From Tubiluchus corallicola (lineage: Eukaryota > Animalia > Priapulida), in the NCBI GenBank assembly GCA_030141605.1, contig JAQGDQ010001075.1:1-64000 (forward strand): a stretch of DNA of 64,000 nucleotides, written 5' to 3'. A model generated the notes under the pieces. It made no database searches, had not been told where the DNA came from, and was given only the letters and a program-made list of their open reading frames with translations. The position numbers and the translations under genes were made by a program. Shown here piece by piece: positions 1 to 13,958 of the stretch (within the stretch, counting starts at the first letter, position 1; every line of letters begins with the position of its first letter).

Positions 1-20
1 GCCGCTTGAAAAGACAGAGC

Positions 21-168
<148 letters not shown>

Positions 169-3100
169 GGGGTTAGCACAGAGTATAGCCAACTAATGAC
201 GCAAGTCTGGAAATTCCCAATACATTACACTTGGGGCAAGGACAAAAAGCTTCTTATGACACATCTCACATCTCATGAACATCTTTTGTCTTGGGACTTG
301 TTGTTTGCTAATTACTAACATGGGATGTGACGCAGCATTAAAAGGAAACTAGTTTGTTACAGCAACACTAAAAGTACCCATTTAGATAATAACTACATTA
401 ATGTGATAACAGCAATTAATGTATAACACTAACTATTAAAGAAACTAAGACATTGTTTTTTATGTTATTTTCTTTTATAGCGTAGGCGGAATTACATATT
501 TCATAATTTTAAAAACAGTTTTGATGCATGCTATATGTATGCTAACCGTTATGGTAACTTAAATTAAGCGCCGTTGGTGCTGTCACAAATATTATCGCCC
601 GTCATGAGACTCAGTCTGTGACGTCACGTAAGGAAGAGGCATTTAACAGCCGAAGTACAGTAGACAACCAGCGGGCCCAGCAAGCAGAGCACTGTGAACA
701 CTGAACAGAGCGGTTATTGTTGAGTAATGATTTACCTATTAATAAAAACTTTCTTACAATAATATTTATCTATTTATAGCAAATAAACTTATAAGAATCA
801 GTTTTCAGTCAGTAATGAATTTTGACAGGTGTCTACCAGGGTGTGTGTCAGTGGACTTTTAATCCTATATCACAACCAAAATGCACAGCAGAACTGTAGC
901 AATCTATAGGGAAAATTCATTCTACAGAGGCCACTGGCCGTCAAATCGGTTTGAGCCTTAGTTTCAAGGTCTAGGTCTAATTTCAACACGTTAATTCCCT
1001 TTTTCTGTTACACACTTTTCTCAGTCAATAATGTAAATGTAGTGTAATTAATAATGCAATATCGTAAAATATACGACCTAATGATCCTATCAATTAGGCA
1101 CTCCTATCATGCCTTGGTGTAGTCTTGTAAATACAGTTGACACGAGCATCTGGGAAGTGCATAAAGACTGTTGTGAGATTACTAATATTAGTTACGAAAA
1201 TCATTATATTTATTATAATTTGAAAAAAATAACTGAGAAAGAGAGAAAAACCGGTCTAAAACATCGCGTTGTTTTGAAATTGCTGAAATGGTGCAGCTGT
1301 TTTTACTTCTAATTTGAATCCTGCTTTTGTAAACCTGATTTCGCCAAAAGTGGAATGGACACCATGAGCAAAGTATCGGTGCATTTTTTGTGCAAACTGT
1401 CGAAAGTGTTTAAAATTTTGATTTGCCCTAAAACGAGGATAGAATAACTTGAACTGCTCTATTTTCCATTTTAATTCCCCTTTTTGTGCCCTTCTCTTAC
1501 ATCTCCCCGTGATTACTTGGTGAATACACTTTATACGATGCTATAAACTAAATGGATCTTACTAGCACTTTCAAGTCAGGCCAGGCCCCGGACTTTTACG
1601 ACATTATCACACGTAATACAACTTTAGAAAGTGTGTGTGCAAAATTGTGACAACACAAGGCTTGGCTAATGTAAAAAATTGAAAAGCCGGCGTGAAACGC
1701 ATTCCCTTAGGTACTGCAATTTCCACACAGAAAAACTATTTTTTTGTTATGTAACTTGTATTACAGTTCGTATGAACAGTTCGAAAGAAATGTATTCTTT
1801 TAACCACAAACTCTCGAATGGGTTCATTTGATACAGCGCATCTTTCTAATCATCAGAATCGTTCGTGATTTAATGTTTACGTTGAAAGTCGCTCACCCGG
1901 TTTTAGAATGCTTTGCAACTAGTGATTTATAATGGACGTATGTCTTGTGGCGTGATTAATAAATAAATAAATAAACAAATAAATAAATAAAATGTGGCGT
2001 CAGAGGAATTTAAAAAAGATAGGACGAAAGTATGAAAAACATTTTTGAAGACTCACAGTCTATTAGTTTGATCATTAAATTTTACATTAAATTTTCGATT
2101 GTGCTGATACAGGCGTTGTACATGCTTTGTTGTGGTATCCAGTTTCATGAAAGATGAAGCCGTACCATATACACCTGCTGGTATACGAATAATACATAAA
2201 CTCGTTTCGCATAATAAATGCACGGCAATATTGACCACTACTTGATATTAAATTTAGTTTTTGAATAAGGTTAAAGCTGTATTTGTAAATTGTTAGAAAG
2301 AAATAAGCAAATAATTATAACCTTAACTAACTGATACACATGAGCAGCAAACCATGATTTCAGATGTTTTAACTATGCGGATACAAAAAGCAAAAAATTG
2401 CGATATCTAATGGATCATAATAATTATACTTTGGTCATTCAAAAAATATTTTTGTTGACATCTAATGTTTAATTTAAATTCTTAGCAAAAATAAACTGCA
2501 TCACATCTTTCTAAAAATGCGTTAGCTTGCAGGCCACACTAAAGTGTAGATACCGAAAGGAGGATAAGGCTATCGGCATACTCGTTAAGCTTTCATTTAT
2601 CCACCACGAACAGATTCACAGAATTATAATTATAAAGATCTTAGAATAGAAGACGATGTAGTGTTACTCAACTTCATGCCGGAATAGAAAGCAACAATCT
2701 CTAAACTGCATAATATCGATTTTTCTTATCTTTGATAAGAATTTTCGTAAAAGACACAGTGTCTGTCTATTCAAATACCGCAAATTATTCAAGCATCGCA
2801 AATGAATATAATTTATTCCAGATCCTCATGGGTATTAAAAATTTGTGTCTTTGTCACAAGACATGAGCTAACGTGCAACAAGATATAAAGACACAAACAA
2901 CAGAACCAAGGCGTTGCATCAATTATTATGAATTATTTATTGAACTGTGATGTCATGGACCATCCCACTTAAAATTAATGATTTGTTACCATGCCAACTG
3001 CGCTAATTATTTTCACTTCCCGATGTATTGTGATTTTTGTTACTTTCGTTTTTGCCGCAAATGTTCAAAAATTCATTGTTTCACTTTCACGAAGTTTTAG

Positions 3101-4724
3101 ATAACTGCGGCGTACTTATTCTTTTTCCCACGCATAATAAGACGGATTCGAAAGGGAGAATCGCATATAACAATTAAACCAAAAGCTAGTAATAAACAAC
3201 AAACACACTCGCATGCTTCACTTCAAACCTATTAAAAATCGAGAAGAATTCACAATTATTAATTCGATTTTTAAAGGCAAACAGCAGGAGCAGAGGCAGT
3301 GTACGATGTTTCAGCAGTGCTTTTTATACAGAGCAAGCAAACATGAACCAGTTGAAGCAATGACAGAAGCCAGACACATTTGTTGTGCAGGCTACTGACA
3401 ACGAAAAACGAAGGGAAAAATAAATAGGAGCTACTAACAATCATTAAACGTGTGGAGCCTGTGGAAAATAAAGCCGTGTTTAATCTCCTTGCAGCAAAAT
3501 TTGAAGTGTTAGTGGTTTATTGTAGAACACATAAAACATGCATCTGCGTTTAGCCTGCTCGCTTTTTGGCGCCCGTAAGAAGCATCAAAAGGCAAAGGTG
3601 TACCATCTCGTGATTTTTTACACACTTCGGCATACTACAAGCATTCATTCGACAGCAAAGTCTACATACCTGGGTGTTTGTGGCTCTCTACTAAGCCACA
3701 ACCCTATAGGATGAGCCACTGAACCAGTAGCGATGTCTCGTTCGGAAGCAAATATATCTTCAACGTTAGTTTTAAAGTTTCGTACAAATTTAAACATGTA
3801 GTTTTAAGCTTTTATCACAAGGTGTAGTTATGATGGAAAACAACTTTCTTGCTAACCGTACGTTATGTACCTCCTTAAAAAGTACATCCAACTGGTAAAT
3901 AATACGCAGCCTGAGGTTCTTGCAAAACCTACAGTCTCCACAGTACAGATTACCGTACTACCCACTATGACAAACTATAATTACGTGTGATTACTTACAT
4001 TACTGTTACTATAAACACATAGCGGTCAGGAATCTGGGAATCACGGACAATTTTGAGCCTACGCCAGGTTGTCATAAACTGCAAAAGACTGATTAATATT
4101 TTACACTCGCGCCAGTTACTGTTACTGTATAATTGGATTTTGTAGAGTCTTGTGGCGATTCCAGCCCGCTGATTTGATAGGCAATCCTTTAGGCTTGTCT
4201 TACAAAGCAACCGCGAGCTTCTTTAAAATCTGTTAGAAAAAATGCGATGCTGCCACTTTAAAGATTTCATGTCTATAGCTGTTTAAATGTATAGCGAAAT
4301 TAACTATTATTTTGCCTACATAATAGCTTGGGTGACTGCGTCTGCCGTGTCTATTTCACCACCTAAGTTAAAGACCATTAAACATTGAAAATGACTGCAC
4401 TCAGTGCTTTTATTTCACGAAAGCAGTCCGTGAATGGAATAACCGTGAACAATAACGACTAAAAATTATGTTTGTCTCTCATTGAAATAAGAGTATTCTG
4501 AAGGTTTTAAATAAAAGATAAGGCAGTTACTGAGCACCAAAATACTAGTTGCAGTTACTACTTTTTAATACCCATCAAAATTTGAATGACGTTTTAAAAA
4601 TAATGAATTGTGGTAACAAAGGCAAAGAGAATTACTTGTATATATTTCACTCCTTATTGTACTGCATCCAAACTTCTTAAATAAACTATACGTAAATGCT
4701 AAATTACACTCAAAGGTGAAACGT

Positions 4725-5800
4725 AACGATTATGTAACTATGTAACATTTTTGCGTCTAATTATGTAACATTTTTGGGTCATTGTGTAACAATCATTATG
4801 TAACAGAAATGATGAACTATGTTACAAATTAACGTAGACTTGGTAGTGGTCTGTGGTTGCGTTTTGTCAAAATTTGGATTTCTTCTAATTATGGGTCCGT
4901 TTCTTCCCATCCTTGAAGTGGAAATGGCGCCAACTCGATCTGCTCTGATCTGTCCTGCCTTTTGGGCGTAGGTTTTAAACTACCTGAGGTCAAATCTGTC
5001 AGAGGTCTGGTGGCTGAATGTCTGACATACTCCTCTTCCTCCTCCTCTGAAATATATACTCCTCTATCTGTGAAAGCCTTTTCTTTTTTTTCATTATAAT
5101 AGTATTTTTTGTTTTTAGTAATTAATAGTACGTAAACATTAACGGAAATAACATTACGTTTTTACATATTCAAGTCTTAAACCAAACTCAGGCCCTGGTC
5201 TGCGTCTAGCCAGATGCGTTTTTGTATTGGTTGGGTCCCAACTGAGTATAAACCCGCCTGAAATTAGGTTTCTTACACGTTCTCTATTCTCTACAGAAAG
5301 GAATACTACATCTGAACGCTGGGGCACTTCCATAGAGGATACCTGGGACGTCACCACGCGTTCGTTGTCATGTGATAATGTCCTAGAGGCGTCTATGTTG
5401 GGTAACTGAAAAATCGGGTTCCTTTACGATCATTAGTTCGTAGTGTGTTGTATGCCTGTACGAAATTTCAACTGTGTACAATGAATGCTGAAGCTTATAC
5501 TAGCCAGACTAGAAAATAGCCAAACCAGGCACAAGCAAGGCGTGTCTTAGGTAAGCCATGGCTGGAGCCAGATTCACACCTAAAACAGAAAGAAACTGGT
5601 CCAGTCCAATAATTAGAGCAAAACCCGAATGTGACAAAACCCAAACACAAGCCCTATGCCTTAGTTTGTTACATAATGCATCAGTTTTGTTACACAGTAA
5701 CTGTTACATAATAACGTAAAATTTGTTACATACTGACGAAATTTGCGAGTTGTTACATAATGCTGCATTGCTACTTAATGACCATTTTGCTGCATAATGA
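4725..5800. mobile_element. Non-autonomous DNA-transposon-like element whose arms are made of repeated ATTATGTAAC motifs
   Basis: About six (AT)TATGTAAC-like copies at 4725-4832 and about seven inverted GTTACATAAT-like copies at 5661-5800. The inner edges pair: TGATGAACTATGTTACAAATTAA versus the reverse complement TGATGCATTATGTAACAAACTAA. Confidence 0.75.
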
Positions 5801-7262
5801 ACCTCACTTAATAACAGTAAATTTGAAAGATTATATAGATTATCGAAATGAACAAAATTCAAACTTTTTCTCTGAACTAGAAATTCTGATTACCATTGCT
5901 AACGAGCAGAGACTCTCAGAATCTTAAATTTAGCGAGATCTGTTTCGTCAAAATCCATTTCATCAGGCCTTTTTGCTTGCGTAGTCTTTCTGTGAGTGAA
6001 ACGTAAACTGTAGCGATATGATAAATAACTAGCAAGCCGCCTCTCACTGATTGAAGTCGTAATGGATGAACGGTGCCCGAGCTTTTAACTCACTGAAACC
6101 ATTCGGTTAATTTTCAACAAGTAAAGATATTTTGTAAAATCAGAAACATTCTCCAAGTTAATATAGAGAACAGTAAAAGGCTTAAACGTCGCGATGATAA
6201 ACTGTCGTTTTGGTTGTGTCACGTAGAGGACTCAAACGAACAGAAACCGATCTGTCTTAGACGGAAATTATAAGCGAATAGCAATGCGTTAAGCGAAATT
6301 GGTTTCATCGATTTGAAATTCACTATAGCCGCCTGTGCAATACTGATGCATTATTACACCAATGGTAATTACTTCTTAACCCCAGTACTATAAGTGAAAT
6401 GAAACGGGAGGCGAGCTTCCCATGATGCTAGTGAGACACTCCGGGAGAGTAAATAACTGGTCCAGGAACTTCTGAATCATCAGTACTAAAAACGATTAGC
6501 ATCTTCATATTCTGCTAGCGAGAGTCATTTTTTTAATTTGAAAGCTCTGGTAGCAATAAGAAATAACAACATTGTGGTTCACTAATGGGTCATATAAAAT
6601 CCATGTTGCCTCCAAAGGGTTTTCATCGATTTTATCCAAGTTTCATGAATTTTAAACGATCAGCATTTTACGTAATGATCCAGATTGTGATCTCGCTCTG
6701 CTAACTTCTGCAGATGTCATAATTATTAAGGTTTTCCCTGCGCCAGTGAAAGGCTTATAAAGGGATTATGATTATGTAAAAGTCATTATCATAATGTGTT
6801 AGTGGCGGAGTCACATTTGTGGAGCTGTAATAAAAAATGCCAGGAATATCAGTTCCTGAAAGAACACAGCACTGTGTCTAATTAAAGTATCAGTGTGCAA
6901 TTGGATATTACTGTGGCGGTTACCTTTTTTTAAGAAACAGCATTTCAAAACCAGTATTGACAAAAACAACCAGAAAAAAACTAGAAACTATTCAACGTGA
7001 GACTTTTTCTTCTTTTTTTTCATTTTCAGATTAATCGTTTCCACAGGCAACCGTATCAAAATTTTAATATGTCTGTATAGTACTTGTTGATTAGGAAAAA
7101 TATAAAAAATTGCTCCAGTTAGTCATTTTACTGAAATAATTTTTTTTTCTAAAAGTATAAATTCAATTCCTAACGATAGCTGTAACTAATTATATTAATA
7201 TCACAGCTAAATAAAAATATCAAATTTATACATTTATTCTGTGATTCTTCCTCGATCTTCTC

Positions 7263-7263
7263 C

Positions 7264-7315
<52 letters not shown>

Positions 7316-7320
7316 TCTCT
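7263..7320. repeat. (TC)n microsatellite
   Basis: Directly visible. Confidence 0.98.
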
Positions 7321-9769
7321 TTCGTTTTGTAGGACTCTTTTTGAAAAATAAACCTGTAGAGAACAGGTAAAATAGTAAGGGTAAAAGGGCAAAAGGTAAA
7401 ACATTCTTCCATCAGCTGGACTAAGATAATCGTAATTTATCTTTCTGCATTTAGCAAACTATGAATAAAACTTCACATTTTAAGTAAAGATAATTTCTTT
7501 TGGGAAATTACGAAATCCCTTACGCCAAGCGAGGTCATGCGGTTAATTTCAGTTCCGTGAGTTTATTTTGCCCATCGTCAAAAATCTCGATCTTGTAATG
7601 TACTGTAATGTTTATTCTTTCAAACATAGTTTATGCGATACAAGAGCAAATGGAGAAACCATCAAGGCTAAGCACTTATAGATGGGCCTCTCTTAAAAGT
7701 TACGATCAAATTTACGATATTATAAGAACGACTGCGAGGCAGCGGATAAAATTCCAGGATATGTTTTAGGACCATTTCATTTTAAGCAATATTACGCAAT
7801 CAATACGGCTTACTGAATCTTTAACAACCAGAATTGCATCTTTATCAGCATATAGATCAGCGACTGCATGGCACAGCAGTTCAAACAGCCTGGAGCACGA
7901 TGGCATGCGATAAGTAACATTGACAAAACTACGTGTCCTAAGTAGAAACAGTAAGCGGTCTGAGATAAACTGTTTGGCTTCCCAATTCGTTTACTCAGCA
8001 AACGTTGTTTGGAATAACGTGTTCATTCATAATTTTTCGAAGGAGAAAGGATTGGTGAAAAACTATCGCAGGAGTTTAGTTCGAACAAGAAACAGCTTTC
8101 GGATTATTTCGTCTTTATATGTATTTTTGTGCAGAACGTACTGCATTTTTCGCTCACCATCTGTACGGTCTTTCATTGTACTCGGGGCTTGTTGTATTGT
8201 GTTTGTTGGCTTTCTTGTTTAGAAAAATGTAATGGAAAGTTCAAATAAATCAGTAGTTTTTATATCCACATAAATACGGGAGTTCATCAACTGACTGCTG
8301 TATCTGCACAAATGCTTTTTAGGTTTGCATCAACAATCTTGTGAAGATCTGTTTGAAATTATATACTACTGATTACTCTTCCGCTTACTGAAGAGGAAAC
8401 ATTGATCTGCGTAGTTTATTACTATTCTTATGTTCTCTTGTGTCACACCTGAATACAAATTGTCTCCAACTAAAACGTCTAAACATCAAACGCCCATTCA
8501 ACCTCGTTATAGTCGTCAAAGAGATGCGTAATTGCAGGCCTTAACAACCGACAAGTTAAAGCAAAGCACATGCTTCGTGTCTATTACTAGCTAAAATGAG
8601 TGTATTTGGCTGTCGTATAGATTGTTACCTGTCTGTGTGCGAATTCACTTTGTAACTTTGCAGCGAACTAGGTTTCCCAGTGGGCAGATAACTAGATGCG
8701 ATATAGCATTTAATGAGACACATGAGAATAAATGACGTAAACATTGCACGTAATAAAGTAGCTTACGAGCGTTAACTTATTACGCGTTTACACCCTACAC
8801 GACACAGCTTGACGTCCATTTATTATATGTAACTAATAAACTGTATGCTTGAGCGGGGAAGTTATATCGTTGAAATCGACTAGCAATATTGTCAGATGAA
8901 TTTGAAAATCCTTATCTGTTTATCATTTCTAAGCTTTGTTTAGTCATTGCAGTTTTTAAAAGTAGCTTTAGAAGAATGGTAAACAGCCAAGGTCTTAAAA
9001 TGACTGAGCAAGTATCGAAGTAACGTCATCCACGCGAAGCACGGAAGCCGGGCGCCTTATCCAAAAAATATTTCTTGATGCTTTTGCTTTCGCTCATTTT
9101 CCCTGGTTTTACCCAGGTCTCCCTTTCGTAGGTAATACACTCACCTTCTAACTTACGCGTGGCTGAAGGCAATAAAGGGTTCCGTTGGCTGAAAGTTATT
9201 AAATAATAGAACACTAAGCCCATTTAGCTTATTACTGCTATCAGTGGGGAATGCCAGTATTTGATCGAACGCCGAAGATACGCTGTATCACGGACAGAAG
9301 AAGTTGATCGTCAGATTAGTAGTCAACCCGTCCCAAATTATGACATGAAATTGACAACTGAAATTGGCTCAACAAAAGAAATTTAACGTACATTACAGAT
9401 TTTCTGCTCATGAATGGTCATCTAGAGATGCACCGATGTCCGTATGTTTATGATTTTAGACTTCTATCAGCCCCAACTAGGGTTTTTGTCAACAAATCCA
9501 ATTATGTTTTTCTACCAGAGTTCTACAATTTCTGGTCAAAAATTTATTTATTTAGGAAGCCCGTGGAAATTAACTCATAAAATTAGCTAACACAGCTTTT
9601 GGCAAATTACAAGAACGCCACTGATTGCAAAAATATCTTACTATGACTCTTAAAACTAAAAATCTTACTTTTTTCAGCCGAAACCTACACGCTTTATGCC
9701 AGACACGTAAAGAAAATAGAAACTGTCTAAAGTCGTACTGAGTTGTTAAGCATTTTTTGGTGTTTCATG

Positions 9770-10040
9770 ACAACATCGCTTGAGAAAGCTGAGATGTTGA
9801 TTACACAAGTTTTGCTGGAAAAGATGGGTTGGTCATGTTGTATAAACGGGCGATAAAAAATTTCCAGAATCAGTACTTCATGATCAATTGTCAATCTCCA
9901 AAAGCCTCATGAAGATCATAAAATTCAATGTAGAATACAACTCACTCAACCTTTGGCACCATTAGGTTCATGTCATTTATTGTTTCCAGAAATTGTACTC
10001 GCAGTGGAAGCAGAGATATTAGACTTGTAAACATATGTAA
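9770..10040 (+). mobile_element. RTE-clade LINE 3' fragment
   Basis: From 9822 it reads RWVGHVV*TGDKKFPESVLHDQL, matching the RTE ORF C-terminal motif RWxGHVxRMxxxRLPKxxLYGEL. Contains an in-frame stop. Confidence 0.65.
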
Positions 10041-11829
10041 TACTTCTAATACGGTTGCTATCTCTACCACCACCACCGCTACATTCAAATCAATTTTGTT
10101 TTAACAAAATTTCCTTGTCAGTAAATCATAATTATTGTCACTGCGCACCGCATTTGTCGCTTTAGAACCCTAACATGAGCATAAACGAAACTTTGACGCA
10201 TTTTATTCTGATTGGTTGAGAAACCAGCTGCGTCACTGATCTAACAGTAACCTATTTATTTCATAAACCTTCATTGACTTCCCAACTTAAGCCATGTGAC
10301 ATTATAATACACTGGCGCTGTAGAGAACTAATCGTTTCTGATTGTGCACAATTCGCATTCATGGTTGCGCATTCGCTTTAAATAATTCATTAATAAGCGT
10401 CATTCACGTTCAGGCTGCAATTGCTTTGTAACTAATAAAACGTTTTTGGCATAAATCACTAATTTCGTTCTGCTGATCAACAGTGCTTAAACCCAAGACA
10501 CTTTGTTCAGATTAAAAATGCAGCTCCAATACTTAGAGATTTCATTATTTCTAGTCAAACAATTAATGCGTTTACATTTAAAGTCTTTTTTTATTTACTT
10601 ATTTATTTCTCCTTTATTTATTTGCAGTGGCAGTGGTAGTGGCTGTAGAACTGGCAGTGGAACTGATGGTGGGGCTGGTATTTGTTTTACCAATTTTGGT
10701 TCAAATCCAGGATGTGTTCCAACTTTTTCACATTTTCTGTTTTTTAATTTGGTTTCGATGTTCAATTATTTGTGGGTTTACACCCACACTGCATGCCATC
10801 TAGTCACATTCACCACCACAGCTTAACCCAGTTCACTACAAAGAAACACCGTGAAGAATTCTGAATGAGCTACCGTTCGTTCGTTACTACTATCGTGACA
10901 CTATCGTTCGTTTTTAAATTATTACTAAGTTTGTGATATGTTCTCGCACTTTATCTGCCCTTATTTGGGATTTTTTATCAGCGAAGATGAATAATAAATT
11001 AATCTAATCTGATCTAACTAAAATTTGGCTAGCGGACTTATCTTAGTCCTGTCAGAGTAAGATGAATCAAGGTGAGATTAGTAAGAAGAGAGTAACAATA
11101 AATAAAGAATAACGTTGGCATAATTTAAGCTAGCATAATCACGTTTATCCTATTATATCACAGATCTAAAACACACATTTCAGACATTTTCCATCAATAG
11201 CCAAGAATTAACATTCTGCAAATAAAAACCATTGTCTTTGCTTCAAAGGAAAATATATCATTGGTTCTAAATAAGTTCATACAACATTCAATAAAGACTA
11301 ACGTAGATACGTCTCTACAGACTGTCAATGAGAAACAGGCCTTTATACGAGAATACTGTAGAAAACGAATCAGTTAAAGTAATTTAAGTAGAATAAGTAA
11401 GCCTAAATGATTCTACGGGGGTTTTCCAACTACAGTGTGAGGCGAACGACGTGATATGAAATAAAAGCAAAATATATGGAACGTTAACTATGACAGTAAC
11501 CGAAGGGGAGTGGCAGCTGATTCTTAGCACACCACAAGACTAAGTGGGAAAAGTGAATTATTAACTTAAACTTGGGAACAATGGCAAACCATTCAAAAAG
11601 ATTTTTCTCCAAATGTTTTTTGGTATCCAGTTTTTTTAAGTTTGACTAATAATGCAGTGAAAGTTTAGCGCAGTTTTAGATGCTGTTCTTTTCTGCGGCT
11701 CAATGTAATCTTCAAGTTCTCAAATGTCTCTGAAAATTTGTTCGTTCGCATCATAGATTCTTTTTTTTTTGACTACCTAGCAAGAGTTGAAAGCAGGGAG
11801 TCAATTTCCGGTATTGCAACTCCTTTTTA

Positions 11830-11995
11830 CGCCACGTTCAGACTAACGCGTTTTTCTCTGACAGCAAACTCGCAAGTGCTAACTGCCTTGCGAGTAACTG
11901 TCGGTAAGAAATTACAAACTCTCTGACAGTTGTTGGGAGTTGATTTATTGTCTAGTGTGAACACTTTATTCATTGCGAGAAGTCGCGATAGTCCC
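11830..11995. mobile_element. Fragment of the same TTCAGAC-type MITE family
   Basis: Starts GCCACGTTCAGACTA. Internal inverted pair GACAGCAAACTCGCAAG / CTTGCGAGTAACTGTC, and CTAGTGTGAAC. Confidence 0.4.
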
Positions 11996-12303
11996 ACCTG
12001 CAGTATCCCGTTGAGATATTGTAATTACAACATTAAGATCTGAAACAGGTATTCAATTAACACAAAAATTTTTATATGCTTAATTTAGATAATAGAAATT
12101 ATGTTTTTTATATATTTGTTTATTTGCACTGTCTTCCACGTAAAATGGAAGATAAAATGTGTAAAATGTATAATTATTAAATGAATACAACTCAGCTGGA
12201 AGACGGAAATACAACCAAACAGGCCATGGCACTGACACTAGTTAAACCTTATTAAAATCTTATTACGCATCTTATTAAAAGCAAAGATTAAGAATAATTA
12301 TCC

Positions 12304-12448
<145 letters not shown>

Positions 12449-12779
12449 GAATAATCAAATATGACTTTAAAATAACACATATCAGAAAAAAACAAAAAAA
12501 AGAAACTACACAATACGATGAAAAATAAGGTAGAAAATTTACAATTCTTAATTAAACCAAACAGCTATATTAAGGAAACGAAATTCAGCTGAAAAATGAG
12601 AGTGTAAACGTGAACAAAACAAATTACCAAAGCAATTAAGGTACATATTATATAGCAAACAAAAAAACAACAGCAATAACAATTATTGCAATAACAGCAG
12701 CAGCAACAACAACAACAACAGCAATGACATGTTATAAAATCATTCATAAAGAAGTAGATTCGAATGCTGAAAAGTTTTT

Positions 12780-13170
12780 TAATAGGGTTTCATCTGATCG
12801 CACGTGGAGTAACCATTCCGTTAAAACTATTTGTACAAAGAACAAATAAAAAGCAGTTTGGACAAGATTTCAAGACGAATTGTTCACATATACTATGGAA
12901 TTCACTATCAAATTCTGTGAATGGTTCTCCGCTTGTGCCAACAGCAAATTTTAAATTATTCCGCAAAAGATTGCCTTTAGTAGATATTGAAAATTTTCTC
13001 AAATTTAAAAGGTACATGTAAACAGTTTTTCTCTTTGTGTCTCACCAACACTCAGAAATATTATTTATTCTTAATGTAATATTTTATTGTGTTGTAATGT
13101 ATAGTATTGTATTGTTATACGTTTGTACACTACCTGTAAAATTTATATATCAATATATAAAATTAAATTA
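12780..13170 (+). mobile_element. LINE 3'-end fragment (CR1/L2-like C-terminus plus AT-rich tail)
   Basis: RG...KLFVQRTNKKQFGQ.F....HILWNSLSNSV resembles the ORF2 C-terminal WN.LP motif. It is followed by an AT-rich tail. Confidence 0.45.
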
Positions 13171-13774
13171 AGTTAATTTAATGACAATGGCGACGACGAT
13201 TATTATTATAAGGTAAACGCAATCGCAATATAAATAAAACTACAGGAGTTTTATGTAAGTGTCTTCACGAAAACTTTATTTAACATTGCTTGGTAGTAGA
13301 TGGTAAAAATTGACACAGATCGACCTAGGCCTGGGCCGTTTCCTCCCAAATTATCTAGAAAGTCACACCGAACAAACGAAGTGATACGGTAAAAGGATCA
13401 CTGATTGCACCAGTACTGTGACCGCTCTACAAACTGATATTTTTTTCAGAAGTTTATTTTCTCTATTTTATTTGCTATTTAATATTTAATGGGATCCGCT
13501 ACGATTATTGAATAACCATTATTCCAATTTTTGCGTCAAAGATGATCCCCTAAGATTGTGCAGTCCCATTTGAGACCAGTTTTTCAGTTAGAAGTAGCAA
13601 CAATTGCTTAGTTTTTAATAGTTGAATACAAATTTATCGCATATTTCAGGAAGAAAATTGGCCATACAAGTATGGTGAATGGACGTTAATGTAAAATGCG
13701 TTATTACTTAGAAATTTAAAAACAACAGCAGCAGCTTTAGCAATAAAATTATGCTTTCCAGAGCAATATCATAA

Positions 13775-13958
13775 AATCTCGCCAACTTGCTGAGAGTGAT
13801 TTTTCTCTAGTCTGAACGCTCTTGCAAGATCTATTGCGATTTTTGCTGAGAGTGAACTCGTAGTTATTGTCGGAGAACAACTCGCAGAAAATTTTACTCT
13901 CTAGTCTGAACATTGTTGCGAGTTACTTGGCGAAAAAAACTCACTAGTCTGAAGACAG
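13775..13958. mobile_element. Fragment of a Harbinger-like MITE family (three TAGTCTGAA repeats)
   Basis: CTAGTCTGAA occurs three times. It resembles the TTCAGAC/GTCTGAA termini at 42762..42965 and at ~11830. Confidence 0.4.

Noticed and set aside
338-1000. Kolobok-like terminus TTAAAAGGAAACTAG
   Set aside because: No matching opposite terminus could be found.
5940-5970. Hammerhead-like CTGATGA...CGAAAC on the minus strand
   Set aside because: The intervening sequence cannot form stem II.
6540-6830. Possible L2 LINE remnant (IIPL*AFHW-like motif on the minus strand)
   Set aside because: Too degenerate to support without a profile search.
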